This document shows, one piece after another, positions 29,405 through 38,388 of a stretch of 64,000 bases of DNA. Both the position numbers and the translations under genes were made by a program. The stretch covers positions 88,288 to 152,287 of the forward strand of contig CADCDA010000001.1 of NCBI GenBank assembly GCA_902800025.1, written 5' to 3'. The stretch is from an uncultured Erysipelotrichaceae bacterium. GTDB taxonomy: Bacteria > Bacillota_I > Bacilli_A > RFN20 > CAG-826. Under the pieces are notes generated by a model. The model was not told where the DNA came from and ran no database searches. It worked only from the letters and a program-made list of their open reading frames with translations. Every line of letters starts with the position of its first letter. Position 1 is the first letter of the stretch.

Positions 29405-30060
29405 TATTTGTTTTCTTCCTTTTGAGAACTAAAAACTTTCTTATTTTGAACGACGTAAATAATACCGCTAATCAATGAAACTGCTGTTGCTAAATAAACA
29501 AAAATAGCAGTGACAGATAAATACTCTTGATATGGGTTATTTGGATAAATGTAATGGAATGGGAAATCGTTCAATAAAACCGCACCGATTGCCACCATTT
29601 GTAGGACAGTTTTTAACTTTCCAAAAATGTTTGCAGCAATCACAACACCTTTTTGAGCAGCAATGAATCTAAGAGCATCAACAACTGTGTCTCTAGCGAC
29701 CATAATGATGACGCACCAGACTGGAATTAATGACACTTGTTCCACCGCATATCGAGCAAAGAAGCGAGGAGCTGCTAGGAAAATAAGCATTGAACTGACC
29801 AATAGTTTATCGGCGACAGGATCTAAAAATTTTCCTAAGTCAGTAACTTGGTTATTCTTTCTCGCTAATTTTCCATCTAAATGATCTGTGTAACTAGCGA
29901 TGACAAAGAACACGAAAATGATTAAGAAAATTAGGTTAATTCTAGAATTGCCTAAAACCGGTGTTTGTAGATCAGGAATTATTGATAAAACAAATAACGT
30001 AATAATTAGTATTACGGTAGCAATAATTCTTGAGAATGTAATTTTTGTAGGAAGATTCAT
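29404..30060 (-). CDS. pgsA: CDP-diacylglycerol--glycerol-3-phosphate 3-phosphatidyltransferase
   Basis: CDP-alcohol phosphotransferase motif DHLDGKLARKNNQVTDLGKFLDPVADK. Confidence 0.88.
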   Translation of the reverse strand: MNLPTKITFSRIIATVILIITLFVLSIIPDLQTPVLGNSRINLIFLIIFVFFVIASYTDHLDGKLARKNNQVTDLGKFLDPVADKLLVSSMLIFLAAPRFFARYAVEQVSLIPVWCVIIMVARDTVVDALRFIAAQKGVVIAANIFGKLKTVLQMVAIGAVLLNDFPFHYIYPNNPYQEYLSVTAIFVYLATAVSLISGIIYVVQNKKVFSSQKEENK

Positions 30061-30085
30061 AATTTCCTCTTTTCTATTGAAGTGA

Positions 30086-30430
30086 GTCTTCGATCCTGTA
30101 AGCCATGTTTTGTCTAGGATGATAATTTATCTAAGAATATTCTTACTTGAGTTGATTCGGTTCTCTATCAAGTCTCCCCTACCAAATTTGGGTTTCTCGC
30201 TTACGGGGTTTACCGCGTTCCACTTTGCTCTTTCAAACAAACTTCGTCACTGTGGCACTTTCAGGAATCCTACCATGGGTTGCCCTTTAGGTCGATTTCC
30301 GCCGTCACGCACTCCTACGTGCCTAGTGTTATTTTTTCCACTAGCGCAATCACTACAGCCGTCACAGACTGTGCGAGCATGGACTTTCCTCTAACTAACT
30401 AGTAGCCAGCAATCATCCAGATCGAAGGTT
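30086..30430 (-). ncRNA. rnpB: RNase P RNA, Bacillus type (type B)
   Basis: The minus strand contains AGAGGAAAGTCCATGCTCGCACAG, GGGCAACCCATGG, AAAGTGCCACAGTGACGAAG, GGAACGCGGTAAACCCC, GAAACCCAAATTTGGTAGGGGA and ACAAAACATGGCTTACAGGATCGAAG. The P1 helix pairs CCTTCGATC with GATCGAAG. It lies immediately downstream of gpsB, as in Bacillus subtilis. Confidence 0.85.
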
Positions 30431-30793
30431 TTATCTTATTTCTTCGGGATTCATATTTAGCTTTTCGTAAATAATCATCTCCAACTTCCCGATACGTTGA
30501 AGAAGTTCGTAGTTATCAATATGGATATCTTTACGATCTTTGGAAATATATTTCCATTTATTTCTTTCTTTTTCTAGTTCTTCTTTTAATTCGGCGTTTG
30601 CTTTCCTTAATTCTTCTAATTCTTTGGCAACTTTTTCAGTGTCAATTCCACTAGGAATATTCTCATAAGTCTCATAGTCTTCAATAATCTTATCTAAGAC
30701 TTTATCAACCTCAAGAGGATCATATCCACGTGGGGTATTAGAGAATCTCTTATTAAGGAGCTCTTTACTAGTAAAATTAATCTTTTTATCCAT
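30431..30793 (-). CDS. gpsB: Cell-cycle protein GpsB / DivIVA-domain protein
   Basis: 120 aa with an N-terminal DivIVA domain (FSNTPRGYDPLEVDKVLD) and a coiled coil. Confidence 0.75.
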   Translation of the reverse strand: MDKKINFTSKELLNKRFSNTPRGYDPLEVDKVLDKIIEDYETYENIPSGIDTEKVAKELEELRKANAELKEELEKERNKWKYISKDRKDIHIDNYELLQRIGKLEMIIYEKLNMNPEEIR

Positions 30794-30923
30794 ATCTCTT
30801 ATATTATCTCTTATATTAAATTATTTTTCTATGAAAAATTACTGAATATAGCACAAAATATTTAATAATTTGATTTTCATTTTCTTGAAAAGAAGATTTC
30901 ACACTTATAAACTTATTACGAAT

Positions 30924-31649
30924 ATGAAACGAGTATTAAAAAATTTTAAAGGCCATAAGCATCTCTGCTTCCTCGATTTCGAAGGAACACAATTCTCTCA
31001 CGAAATGATTGCCTATGGCGCTGTCCTAGTTACCATCGATAAAGAAGGTAACATAGTTAAACAAAAGCCTGCATTAAAGAAATATGTCAGAGCTAAAAAC
31101 GCAGTCGGCAAATACGTTGAAAATCTTACAGGTATCACTAGATTAGACTTGGATCGTTTTGGCGTTAGTTTTTCAGTCGCCATGAAAGACTTGAAAAAAT
31201 ATTGCGGTATTCATTTTAAAGGTTGTTCATTTTTAACATTTGGAAATCACGATATCAGAATCTTAAATCAATCAATCTCATATAACTTAGATGCTCCAAA
31301 AGATTTATGCACAGTAATTAAAAGCAACTATGTTGATTTCCAAGCAATCCTCGCTGAATTCATTAAGGATGACCACAATAATCCATATTCATTAACAAAC
31401 TATTTAAACGTCTTCAATTTAGAGTTTGATGGTGAAGCACATGATCCAGAATATGACGCTGTTAATCTTATGAGATTATATCAAGCATTCATGAAAGACA
31501 CTGATGTTATTGAAAAAGAATTTTTCAAGAATATGAAAAGACACACATTTAATCCAGCGCCAATTGATAGAGTAATCAAAGACTTACTCGATGGCAAGAC
31601 AGTAACACCAGAAGATTTCAAATCATATATTGATAACTATATCGAATAG
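30924..31649 (+). CDS. DEDDh-family 3'-5' exonuclease (DnaQ/KapD-like)
   Basis: Exo I motif FLDFEGT, exo III HDPEYDAVNLMRLY. Start assigned at the ATG at 30924 (MKRVLKNF) rather than the upstream non-ATG extension in the ORF track. The stop lies 1 nt before the recU start. Confidence 0.7.
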   Translation: MKRVLKNFKGHKHLCFLDFEGTQFSHEMIAYGAVLVTIDKEGNIVKQKPALKKYVRAKNAVGKYVENLTGITRLDLDRFGVSFSVAMKDLKKYCGIHFKGCSFLTFGNHDIRILNQSISYNLDAPKDLCTVIKSNYVDFQAILAEFIKDDHNNPYSLTNYLNVFNLEFDGEAHDPEYDAVNLMRLYQAFMKDTDVIEKEFFKNMKRHTFNPAPIDRVIKDLLDGKTVTPEDFKSYIDNYIE

Positions 31650-31650
31650 T

Positions 31651-32244
31651 ATGAAATATCCTAACGGGCAAGAATATAAACCAAATTCAAAAAAAGAAAG
31701 ACAATCTCATAAATCAAAAGCTGAGATTTCTTTAAGCAGCGCCAATAGAGGTATGGACCTCGAACACGAGATCAATTTATCTAATGATTATTACCGTGAT
31801 CACGACATCTGTTTAATCACAAAGAGGCCGACTCCTATCAATATTGTAAAAGTTGACTACTCAAAAGGCGCTAAAATTACACACGCCTATTTTGAAGAAC
31901 AATCAACCACCGACTATAACGGAGTGTATAAATCTCGCTATATTGATTTCGAAGCTAAAAATACCAAAAACAGGACTTCATTCCCGTTAAGCAATATCAC
32001 CAAACACCAGATCGAACATCTTAAAAGGGTACTATTCCACGGAGGAATTGCTTTCTTCATCATTAACTTTGAATCATTAGGAAAAATCTATTTATTAGAT
32101 GCAAGTTATGTGATTGAGTTTTATGAACACGGAGAAAGAAAATCAATTCCATATGACTGCTTTGTCACTAACGGAATTGAAATCGAACAAGGATATAATC
32201 CAAGAATTAATTATATAGAAGCAATTGAGAAGAAATACTTCTAG
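31651..32244 (+). CDS. recU: Holliday junction resolvase RecU
   Basis: MKYPNGQEY N-terminus parallels B. subtilis RecU (MIRYPNGK...). Conserved NRGM(x)LE motif and catalytic D/E residues. Start taken at Met-8 of the ORF-track model. Confidence 0.85.
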   Translation: MKYPNGQEYKPNSKKERQSHKSKAEISLSSANRGMDLEHEINLSNDYYRDHDICLITKRPTPINIVKVDYSKGAKITHAYFEEQSTTDYNGVYKSRYIDFEAKNTKNRTSFPLSNITKHQIEHLKRVLFHGGIAFFIINFESLGKIYLLDASYVIEFYEHGERKSIPYDCFVTNGIEIEQGYNPRINYIEAIEKKYF

Positions 32245-32864
32245 TATTTACAGTATTTTCTAAGCGCGCATTCTTCACATTTTGGAGAACGAGCCGTACA
32301 AAAATAACGACCGAAATGAATTAGTTGATGATGAGTCTTGATCCAATTAGATTCTGGAATCAACTTTTTTAATTTCTTCTCAATATCAATTGGTTCATCT
32401 TTACTATTTGCGATACCAAGTCGATTGGTAATTCTAATAATATGAGTGTCCACTGGCAAATCAGGTATTTTAAATACTTCAATACGAATAACGCCTGCTG
32501 ATTTATTACCGATTCCAGGAAGTGTTTGTAACAAATCTTTATCACTAGGTAATTCCCCATGAAAATCAGTAATAATTTTATGAACTATACCTTTGATATT
32601 TTTAGCTTTGTTCTTATATAAGCCAAGTTGCTTAATTCTTTCTTCTATTTCCTCTAGCGAGGCATTTTCTAAATCCTTTAAACTAGGAAAATCGTTAAAT
32701 AACTTGTAGGTAACCGCATTAACTGCTTTATCGGTAGTCTGCGCGCTGAGCATTACGGCGATTGCTAATTCGTAGTCGCGATTATAAAAAAGCTCACATT
32801 TTGCGTTAGGAAAAAGTGAGTCAACATAATTAGAGATAATAGACATTGTCTCTTTATTAATCAT
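32241..32864 (-). CDS. nth: Endonuclease III
   Basis: HhH-GPD motif (LPGIGNKSAGV) and a C-terminal 4Fe-4S cluster loop, CTARSPKCEECALRKYC. Confidence 0.9.
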   Translation of the reverse strand: MINKETMSIISNYVDSLFPNAKCELFYNRDYELAIAVMLSAQTTDKAVNAVTYKLFNDFPSLKDLENASLEEIEERIKQLGLYKNKAKNIKGIVHKIITDFHGELPSDKDLLQTLPGIGNKSAGVIRIEVFKIPDLPVDTHIIRITNRLGIANSKDEPIDIEKKLKKLIPESNWIKTHHQLIHFGRYFCTARSPKCEECALRKYCKY

Positions 32865-33507
32865 CGCTTTTTTTCACCCAAGGTATTTTCGCAATACGAA
32901 TTGTTTCTTCTAAGTTCTTGTCCCATTCACTACTTAATGGAGTGTGACCTTCATTTTCAAGATCATCTCTTTGAGACCAACTTAATAAAATCTTATCAAC
33001 ACTTCTTAAAGTTTTCTTTCCTCTAGAAAGAGCTTCTTTTAATGCATCAATAATTAATTTATCGCTATAACCATAACTTACCCACTCATGAATCTTGCTG
33101 ATTTCAACTGGGCTTAATGATCTATTTAGTAACTTTTCAAAGTTAAAATAAATGTTGTCTAATTCTTCAGAAATTCTTTTGCTAGTTTTTTCTTCCTCTT
33201 CTTTAGATAAGAAGATTTGGAACTCACGATAAAGCTTTTGCTTTAATGGTTCTAAAGATGCAACTATTTGTTTGCCAACTGTCTTATATTCAAAAAATCC
33301 TTTAGTAATTAAAGTCGCTAGAATCGTGTCGATCTCTTTAATGTCCAAAGACATCTTGAGAGATAATAAGTCGGCAGTCACAAATGGATTGCCTTGAGAG
33401 ATTAAATGATCAATAACAAAAATAGTTGCAAGCTCATTCTCTTTGATTTTGAGTTTCTTGTAATTCTCGATTAATAAATATCTAAAATCAATCGCTTCGG
33501 TAATCAT
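32857..33507 (-). CDS. dnaD: DnaD-domain replication initiation/membrane attachment protein
   Basis: Winged-helix N-domain plus a DnaD-like C-domain carrying the YxxxIxxxW-type motif (YGYSDKLIIDALKEAL ... ILLSW). Adjacent to nth, as in Bacillus. Confidence 0.7.
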   Translation of the reverse strand: MITEAIDFRYLLIENYKKLKIKENELATIFVIDHLISQGNPFVTADLLSLKMSLDIKEIDTILATLITKGFFEYKTVGKQIVASLEPLKQKLYREFQIFLSKEEEEKTSKRISEELDNIYFNFEKLLNRSLSPVEISKIHEWVSYGYSDKLIIDALKEALSRGKKTLRSVDKILLSWSQRDDLENEGHTPLSSEWDKNLEETIRIAKIPWVKKSDD

Positions 33508-33544
33508 TTGTATATCTACTTTATCACTTTCTTATCACGTAAAT

Positions 33545-34201
33545 CTATATTATTCCGTGGCTTTTTAATATTTCTATTAATTCTTCTTGATGAGATGATT
33601 TTTTAATCTCCTGGTTAATCTTATCGACATTAATCAATTTAGCTTTAGAAAAGTTATGTTCTAAAACTTCTTTGAGTTCCTTTTCAATTTCAAACCCAGT
33701 TTCTAGTTGAAAACGATACACTCTTATGATTCTTAAAGGATCTTCATTTATACGTTTTAGGGGCTTTCCTATCATTCTAATGACTTTTTTATCGATATCT
33801 TTTCTACCACCAACAAGGTCGATAACTTCGAGTTTGTCATTCATATACATCGCATTAATTGTGATATCTCTTCTAAAAACATCTTCTTTAATACTCTTTG
33901 TAAAACAAATTTTACTTGGATGACGATAATCACTATAGCCATCTTCTTTCCTAAGGGTGGTTATATCAAATTTAGTGTCTTCAATCTTTAACTTCACACT
34001 TCCATATTTTTCAAAAGTGTAATCAGCGTTATTTAAAAACTCTTTCATTTCACTTGGAGTAGCGTCAGTCACTAAATCCATGTCATCTAGTTCTTTACCT
34101 AAAAGGTAATCTCTAACAGTTCCTCCGACGAGATATAATAAAAAACCGTGTTTTTCAAAATCACTGGATAGTTTTTTATATAATTCAAGTTTACGATTCA
34201 T
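33545..34201 (-). CDS. Minimal class-II CCA/poly(A)-type nucleotidyltransferase (head and neck only)
   Basis: 218 aa with motif A GGTVRD, the catalytic DMDLVTD, motif RRDITINAM and EDPLRIIR. It lacks the body and tail tRNA-binding domains of 400-aa CCA enzymes. Confidence 0.65.
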   Translation of the reverse strand: MNRKLELYKKLSSDFEKHGFLLYLVGGTVRDYLLGKELDDMDLVTDATPSEMKEFLNNADYTFEKYGSVKLKIEDTKFDITTLRKEDGYSDYRHPSKICFTKSIKEDVFRRDITINAMYMNDKLEVIDLVGGRKDIDKKVIRMIGKPLKRINEDPLRIIRVYRFQLETGFEIEKELKEVLEHNFSKAKLINVDKINQEIKKSSHQEELIEILKSHGII

Positions 34202-34228
34202 ATATTAATTATATTAATAAAAAGGCAA

Positions 34229-34258
34229 AACAAAAAGACCTTTGTCAGGTCTTAATGA
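34229..34258 (-). terminator. Rho-independent terminator of hup
   Basis: Palindrome AAGACCT-TTGTC-AGGTCTT followed on the minus strand by a U-run. Confidence 0.7.
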
Positions 34259-34261
34259 TTT

Positions 34262-34549
34262 TTAATCATCGTTAAGCTTGCTTTTAAACTCTTTAGCCAA
34301 GTGGATAACAACGGTATTTTTTGGTTTGATTTCAATTTCTGTATGTTTCTTTGGATGAGTTCCTTTTCTTCCGGACTTCATTTTTGGTTCGAAGACACAG
34401 AAATTTTTGATGTTAACACTTTGGCCGTCAAGAAGCGTATCAGCAATTAATTCAAATGTGGCATCGATAATTCTTTTTGTGTCTGCTTTTGATGAATGTG
34501 TGGCATCCGCAACGATATCGATGATTTCATTTTTATTAAGTTTTTCCAT
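34262..34549 (-). CDS. hup: DNA-binding protein HU
   Basis: 95 aa with an HU/IHF fold and a GRNPKT-like arm (SGRKGTHPKKHTEIEI). Confidence 0.88.
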   Translation of the reverse strand: MEKLNKNEIIDIVADATHSSKADTKRIIDATFELIADTLLDGQSVNIKNFCVFEPKMKSGRKGTHPKKHTEIEIKPKNTVVIHLAKEFKSKLNDD

Positions 34550-34587
34550 GATGAAATATCTTCTCCTCTACGTTTTATTATACCCCT

Positions 34588-35907
34588 CTATTTTTCTTTC
34601 TTACTATGTCTTTTTAAAGAAAATTTAATTGGAGTTCCATCAAAGTTGAATGTTTCACGTAATCTATTTTCTAAATATCTTTGGTAAGAGAAATGCATAA
34701 AGTTAGGATCATTAACCACAAGGGTAATGGTTGGCGGGGCACTTAATACTTGTGTTCCGTAATAAATCTTTAATCTTCCGCCATTAAAGTCTGGGGCTTG
34801 GTTCATTACTTGTGCTTCTTGAAGAACATCATTTAAAACTGATGTCTTAATACGAGTGTGATAAGCTTCATGAACTAACACCAAAGCGTCAAATAAAGTA
34901 TTAAGTCTTTTTCTTTGTAACGCACTTACATAAATAACAGGTGCATAGTCTAAGAATTTATATTCGTTTCTAATGGTCTTTGTAAAAGATGACATTGTGT
35001 TTGTGTCTTTATCAACAAGATCCCATTTATTAACAACGATAATGATCGCTTTATGTAAATCAGTTGCGTATTGAATAACGTGTTTATCTTGTTCGAGGAT
35101 TCCTTTATCACCATCGATAACAAGTAAAACAATTTCACTTCTTTCAATCGCTTTTAAAGCGCGGATAGCAGAATACTTATCAATTGCTTCGTATATTTTG
35201 CCTTTTTTCTTAAGACCGGCAGTGTCGATAACAACATAATTTCTTCCATCTTTAGTAAAAGGAGTATCAATTGAGTCTCTGGTTGTACCAGAAATATCAC
35301 TAACAATGACTCTTTCTTCACTTAATATAGCGTTAGTTAAAGATGATTTCCCAACATTAGGTCTTCCAATAAGACAGAATGTTACAACATCTTCCCTTTT
35401 TTCTTCTTTTTCATCCTTAATAAAATCGACAATTCGATTAAGAATTTCACCGATTCCAACGCCATGAGATCCACTCACAGGAATTGGTTCACCTAATCCG
35501 AGAGAGTAAAACTCTGCTGCATTAGCACTTTGAATGCCTTCGTCAATTTTATTAACGGCTAAGATAATTGGTTTTTTCACTTTGTGAAGCATTTTAGCGA
35601 CCATTCTATCATCGCTAGTAACTCCAACTTGTCCATCAGTGACAAAGATAATAATATCTGCTTCATCAATAGCAATATTAGCTTGGATTCTTATTTGTTC
35701 TTGGAATGGTCTATTTGCAATTTCGATTCCACCAGTGTCGATCAAAGTAAAAGTCTTTTTCAACCATGTCGCGTTCGCATATAAACGATCTCTAGTAATA
35801 CCAGCTTCATCATCAACAATCGCTCTTCGATCTCCGATGATACGATTAAAAATCGTTGATTTACCAACGTTAGGACTTCCAACAATTGCAACGATTGTAT
35901 TAGGCAT
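34588..35907 (-). CDS. der: GTPase Der (EngA)
   Basis: Two tandem GTPase domains (GSPNVGKST and GRPNVGKSS) plus a C-terminal KH-like domain. Confidence 0.92.
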   Translation of the reverse strand: MPNTIVAIVGSPNVGKSTIFNRIIGDRRAIVDDEAGITRDRLYANATWLKKTFTLIDTGGIEIANRPFQEQIRIQANIAIDEADIIIFVTDGQVGVTSDDRMVAKMLHKVKKPIILAVNKIDEGIQSANAAEFYSLGLGEPIPVSGSHGVGIGEILNRIVDFIKDEKEEKREDVVTFCLIGRPNVGKSSLTNAILSEERVIVSDISGTTRDSIDTPFTKDGRNYVVIDTAGLKKKGKIYEAIDKYSAIRALKAIERSEIVLLVIDGDKGILEQDKHVIQYATDLHKAIIIVVNKWDLVDKDTNTMSSFTKTIRNEYKFLDYAPVIYVSALQRKRLNTLFDALVLVHEAYHTRIKTSVLNDVLQEAQVMNQAPDFNGGRLKIYYGTQVLSAPPTITLVVNDPNFMHFSYQRYLENRLRETFNFDGTPIKFSLKRHSKKEK

Positions 35908-36580
35908 TATTTTCCTCTTTTTCTTTCAACTTCTTATCAATTATTTCAATAATTGCATTAACAACTTCTTCAACAGTCATAAATGAAGTATCTAAAGTAA
36001 TTGCATCAGTTGCACATCTAAGTGGGGCAAAATCACGGTGCGAGTCAATATAGTCTCTTTTTCTCACATCATTTTCAATTTCTTCTAATGTACAAGGGAT
36101 GCCTTTAGAAATACTTTCATCATAGCGACGTACTGCACGAGTTTCCACAGAAGCAATTTGGAAAATTTTCACATCAGCGTCTGGAAGAACATATGTTCCA
36201 ATATCTCTTCCATCCATAATGACAGAATGTTTGGCCGCCATTTTTCTTTGTTGATCAACAAGGAAAAGTCTGATGTCTTTATAAGAGGCAATATAACTTA
36301 CGTTACCAGAAACACGTGGTTCTCTGATTTCCCTAGTAATATCAATATCGTTACAAAGAACTTGTCCGTTTGGTCTAAGTTTAATTGTTACTTCAGGAAT
36401 AAGAGCACAGCACTCTTCTTCTGATTCACAGTTGACACCTTTTTCCATGCAATACCATGTGAAAGCACGATACATTGCACCGGTGTCAATGTAGGTATAA
36501 CCTTTAATCTCTGCAATTCTTTTTGCAACAGTACTTTTTCCAGCAGCGGCTGGTCCATCAATCGCAATACTAATTTTCAT
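35900..36580 (-). CDS. cmk: Cytidylate kinase
   Basis: P-loop IDGPAAAGKST and the CMP-binding motif DGRDIGT. Confidence 0.9.
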   Translation of the reverse strand: MKISIAIDGPAAAGKSTVAKRIAEIKGYTYIDTGAMYRAFTWYCMEKGVNCESEEECCALIPEVTIKLRPNGQVLCNDIDITREIREPRVSGNVSYIASYKDIRLFLVDQQRKMAAKHSVIMDGRDIGTYVLPDADVKIFQIASVETRAVRRYDESISKGIPCTLEEIENDVRKRDYIDSHRDFAPLRCATDAITLDTSFMTVEEVVNAIIEIIDKKLKEKEENNA

Positions 36581-36593
36581 ATTTTATCACCCC

Positions 36594-36815
36594 TTAAAAT
36601 AGTTTTAGTCCGAATATCACAAGTAGAGTAATAATCACCAAGCAAATTAAAATAATGGCTATATTCTCCACTCTTTTTTTAGTTTTCATTTTAAGAAAAA
36701 GTCCCATTTCTGTGGAGACTTCTTCTGTTTTTTGGGGGGCAAAAAAACCTTTGCTATCCCCTTTAGAGATAGATTTACGATATTGTTGATATTTGTTAAC
36801 TCTTGTTTCTTTCAT
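36594..36815 (-). CDS. Small membrane protein, unknown function
   Basis: 73 aa with a basic N-terminus and a single C-terminal TM segment (IAIILICLVIITLLVIFGL), in the cmk-lysS intergenic position. Confidence 0.4.
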   Translation of the reverse strand: MKETRVNKYQQYRKSISKGDSKGFFAPQKTEEVSTEMGLFLKMKTKKRVENIAIILICLVIITLLVIFGLKLF

Positions 36816-36837
36816 ATCGCAATCCTTTGTAAGTTAA

Positions 36838-38325
36838 TTATCGATCTTTCATCATTGGGAATAAGATGACTTCTCTGATGTTCTCTTGATTGGTGAGTAA
36901 CATACATAATCTATCAATGCCCATTCCGATTCCTCCGGCTGGAGGCATGCCATATTCAAGGGCTTCAATGAAGTCGTTATCCATTTCATTAGCTTCTTCA
37001 TCGCCCAATTCTTTGGCTTTAAGTTGAGCAAGGAATCTTTCTTTTTGATCAATTGGATCATTTAATTCGGTATAAGCATTAGCAAGTTCCCTACCATTGA
37101 CGAATAATTCAAATCTTTCAGTGTATCTTGGATCTTTGCCTTTTTTGGTTAATGGAGATACCTCGATTGGATAAGAATAGACGAATGTTGGTTGAATAAG
37201 ATCTGCTTCGCAGAACTCTTCGAAGAACTCGTTCATAACATGTCCAACTGTGTTTTTATGTTTTTCTAATTTAATGCCACGCTCATCAGCGAGTTTTTTC
37301 GCTTCTTCAAATTCATAGATGTTTCTAAAATCAACACCGGTTTTTTCTAAAATGAGATCCGCCATTGAAATCCATCTAAATGGTTTATGGAAGTCGATGA
37401 CTTTATCTTGATAAGTGATAATATCACTACCAGTAACATCTTTTGCGGCTTTTCTAATCATGCCTTCCGCAAGCTTTCTCATTCCTTGTAAATCGGAATA
37501 AGCTTGGTAAGCTTCAATAGTTGTGAATTCTGGATTATGGGAAGCATCCATACCTTCATTTCTAAATAAACGGCCAATTTCGTATACTCTTTCCATTCCG
37601 CCAACTAATAATCTTTTAAGATTAAGTTCTGTAGCGATTCTTAAATAGAAGTCTTTATCAAGAGCGTTCATATGCGCTACGAAAGGACGAGCATTAGCAC
37701 CACCAAGAATTGGTGAAAGGACAGCGGTTTCAACTTCAACGAAATCTTGTCCATCTAAGTATTCCTGAATACTTCTAATTAATCTTGGACGTGCAAACGC
37801 CACAGCGCGACTATCTTCATTAACAATTAAGTCTAAATATCTTCTTCTACTTCTCTCCTCAACATCAACAAGTCCATGGAACTTTTCTGGAAGAGGATGT
37901 AAGCACTTAGTTAAATGAGTGTACTTCTCTGCTCTAATAGTAAGTTCACCAGTACGTGTCTTCATGATGCGGCCAGTAACGCCAACGATATCTCCGATAT
38001 CAGCGAGCTTGAATAACTCATATGTTTTTTTGCCAACTACATCAATACCCATATAAACTTGGATATTGCCAGTTTTATCTTGGATATTCATGAATGATGC
38101 TTTACCCATTCTTCTGATATTTTTAATTCTTCCAGCAACTGTTGCCATCGGCTTGAGTCTTTCTAATGAGTTAGGACTCTTTTTTGTATAAGCATCACGT
38201 ATATTTTTAACAGAATGTGTAACTTTAAAAGCCTTTCCAAAAGGATCAACATGGAAAGATTTATACTTTTCTAACTTCTCACGTCTAGCTAATTCTTGAT
38301 CATTCAAATTTTGATTGTTATCCAT
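36838..38325 (-). CDS. lysS: Lysine--tRNA ligase (class II)
   Basis: 495 aa with an OB-fold N-domain and class II motifs 1-3 (FRNEG, GGIGMGIDRL). Confidence 0.93.
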   Translation of the reverse strand: MDNNQNLNDQELARREKLEKYKSFHVDPFGKAFKVTHSVKNIRDAYTKKSPNSLERLKPMATVAGRIKNIRRMGKASFMNIQDKTGNIQVYMGIDVVGKKTYELFKLADIGDIVGVTGRIMKTRTGELTIRAEKYTHLTKCLHPLPEKFHGLVDVEERSRRRYLDLIVNEDSRAVAFARPRLIRSIQEYLDGQDFVEVETAVLSPILGGANARPFVAHMNALDKDFYLRIATELNLKRLLVGGMERVYEIGRLFRNEGMDASHNPEFTTIEAYQAYSDLQGMRKLAEGMIRKAAKDVTGSDIITYQDKVIDFHKPFRWISMADLILEKTGVDFRNIYEFEEAKKLADERGIKLEKHKNTVGHVMNEFFEEFCEADLIQPTFVYSYPIEVSPLTKKGKDPRYTERFELFVNGRELANAYTELNDPIDQKERFLAQLKAKELGDEEANEMDNDFIEALEYGMPPAGGIGMGIDRLCMLLTNQENIREVILFPMMKDR

Positions 38326-38388
38326 AAGATAAAACCTCCAAACTATAAATAAGTATATACGAATATTTGACTGTTTTAATAGTCAAAA

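Noticed and set aside
30110-30394. 94-aa plus-strand ORF in the six-frame track
   Set aside because: It lies entirely inside the RNase P RNA gene (antisense to it). The RNA's conserved motifs explain the sequence better than a Pro/Arg/Phe-rich hypothetical peptide.
34235-34253. Similar AAGACCTTTG...AGGTCTT palindromes at the hup and C11 peptidase terminators (34235-34253 and 51552-51571), considered as a dispersed repeat element (REP-like)
   Set aside because: Only two copies were seen, both in canonical terminator positions with U-runs. Resemblance among AT-rich terminator stems is expected by chance.
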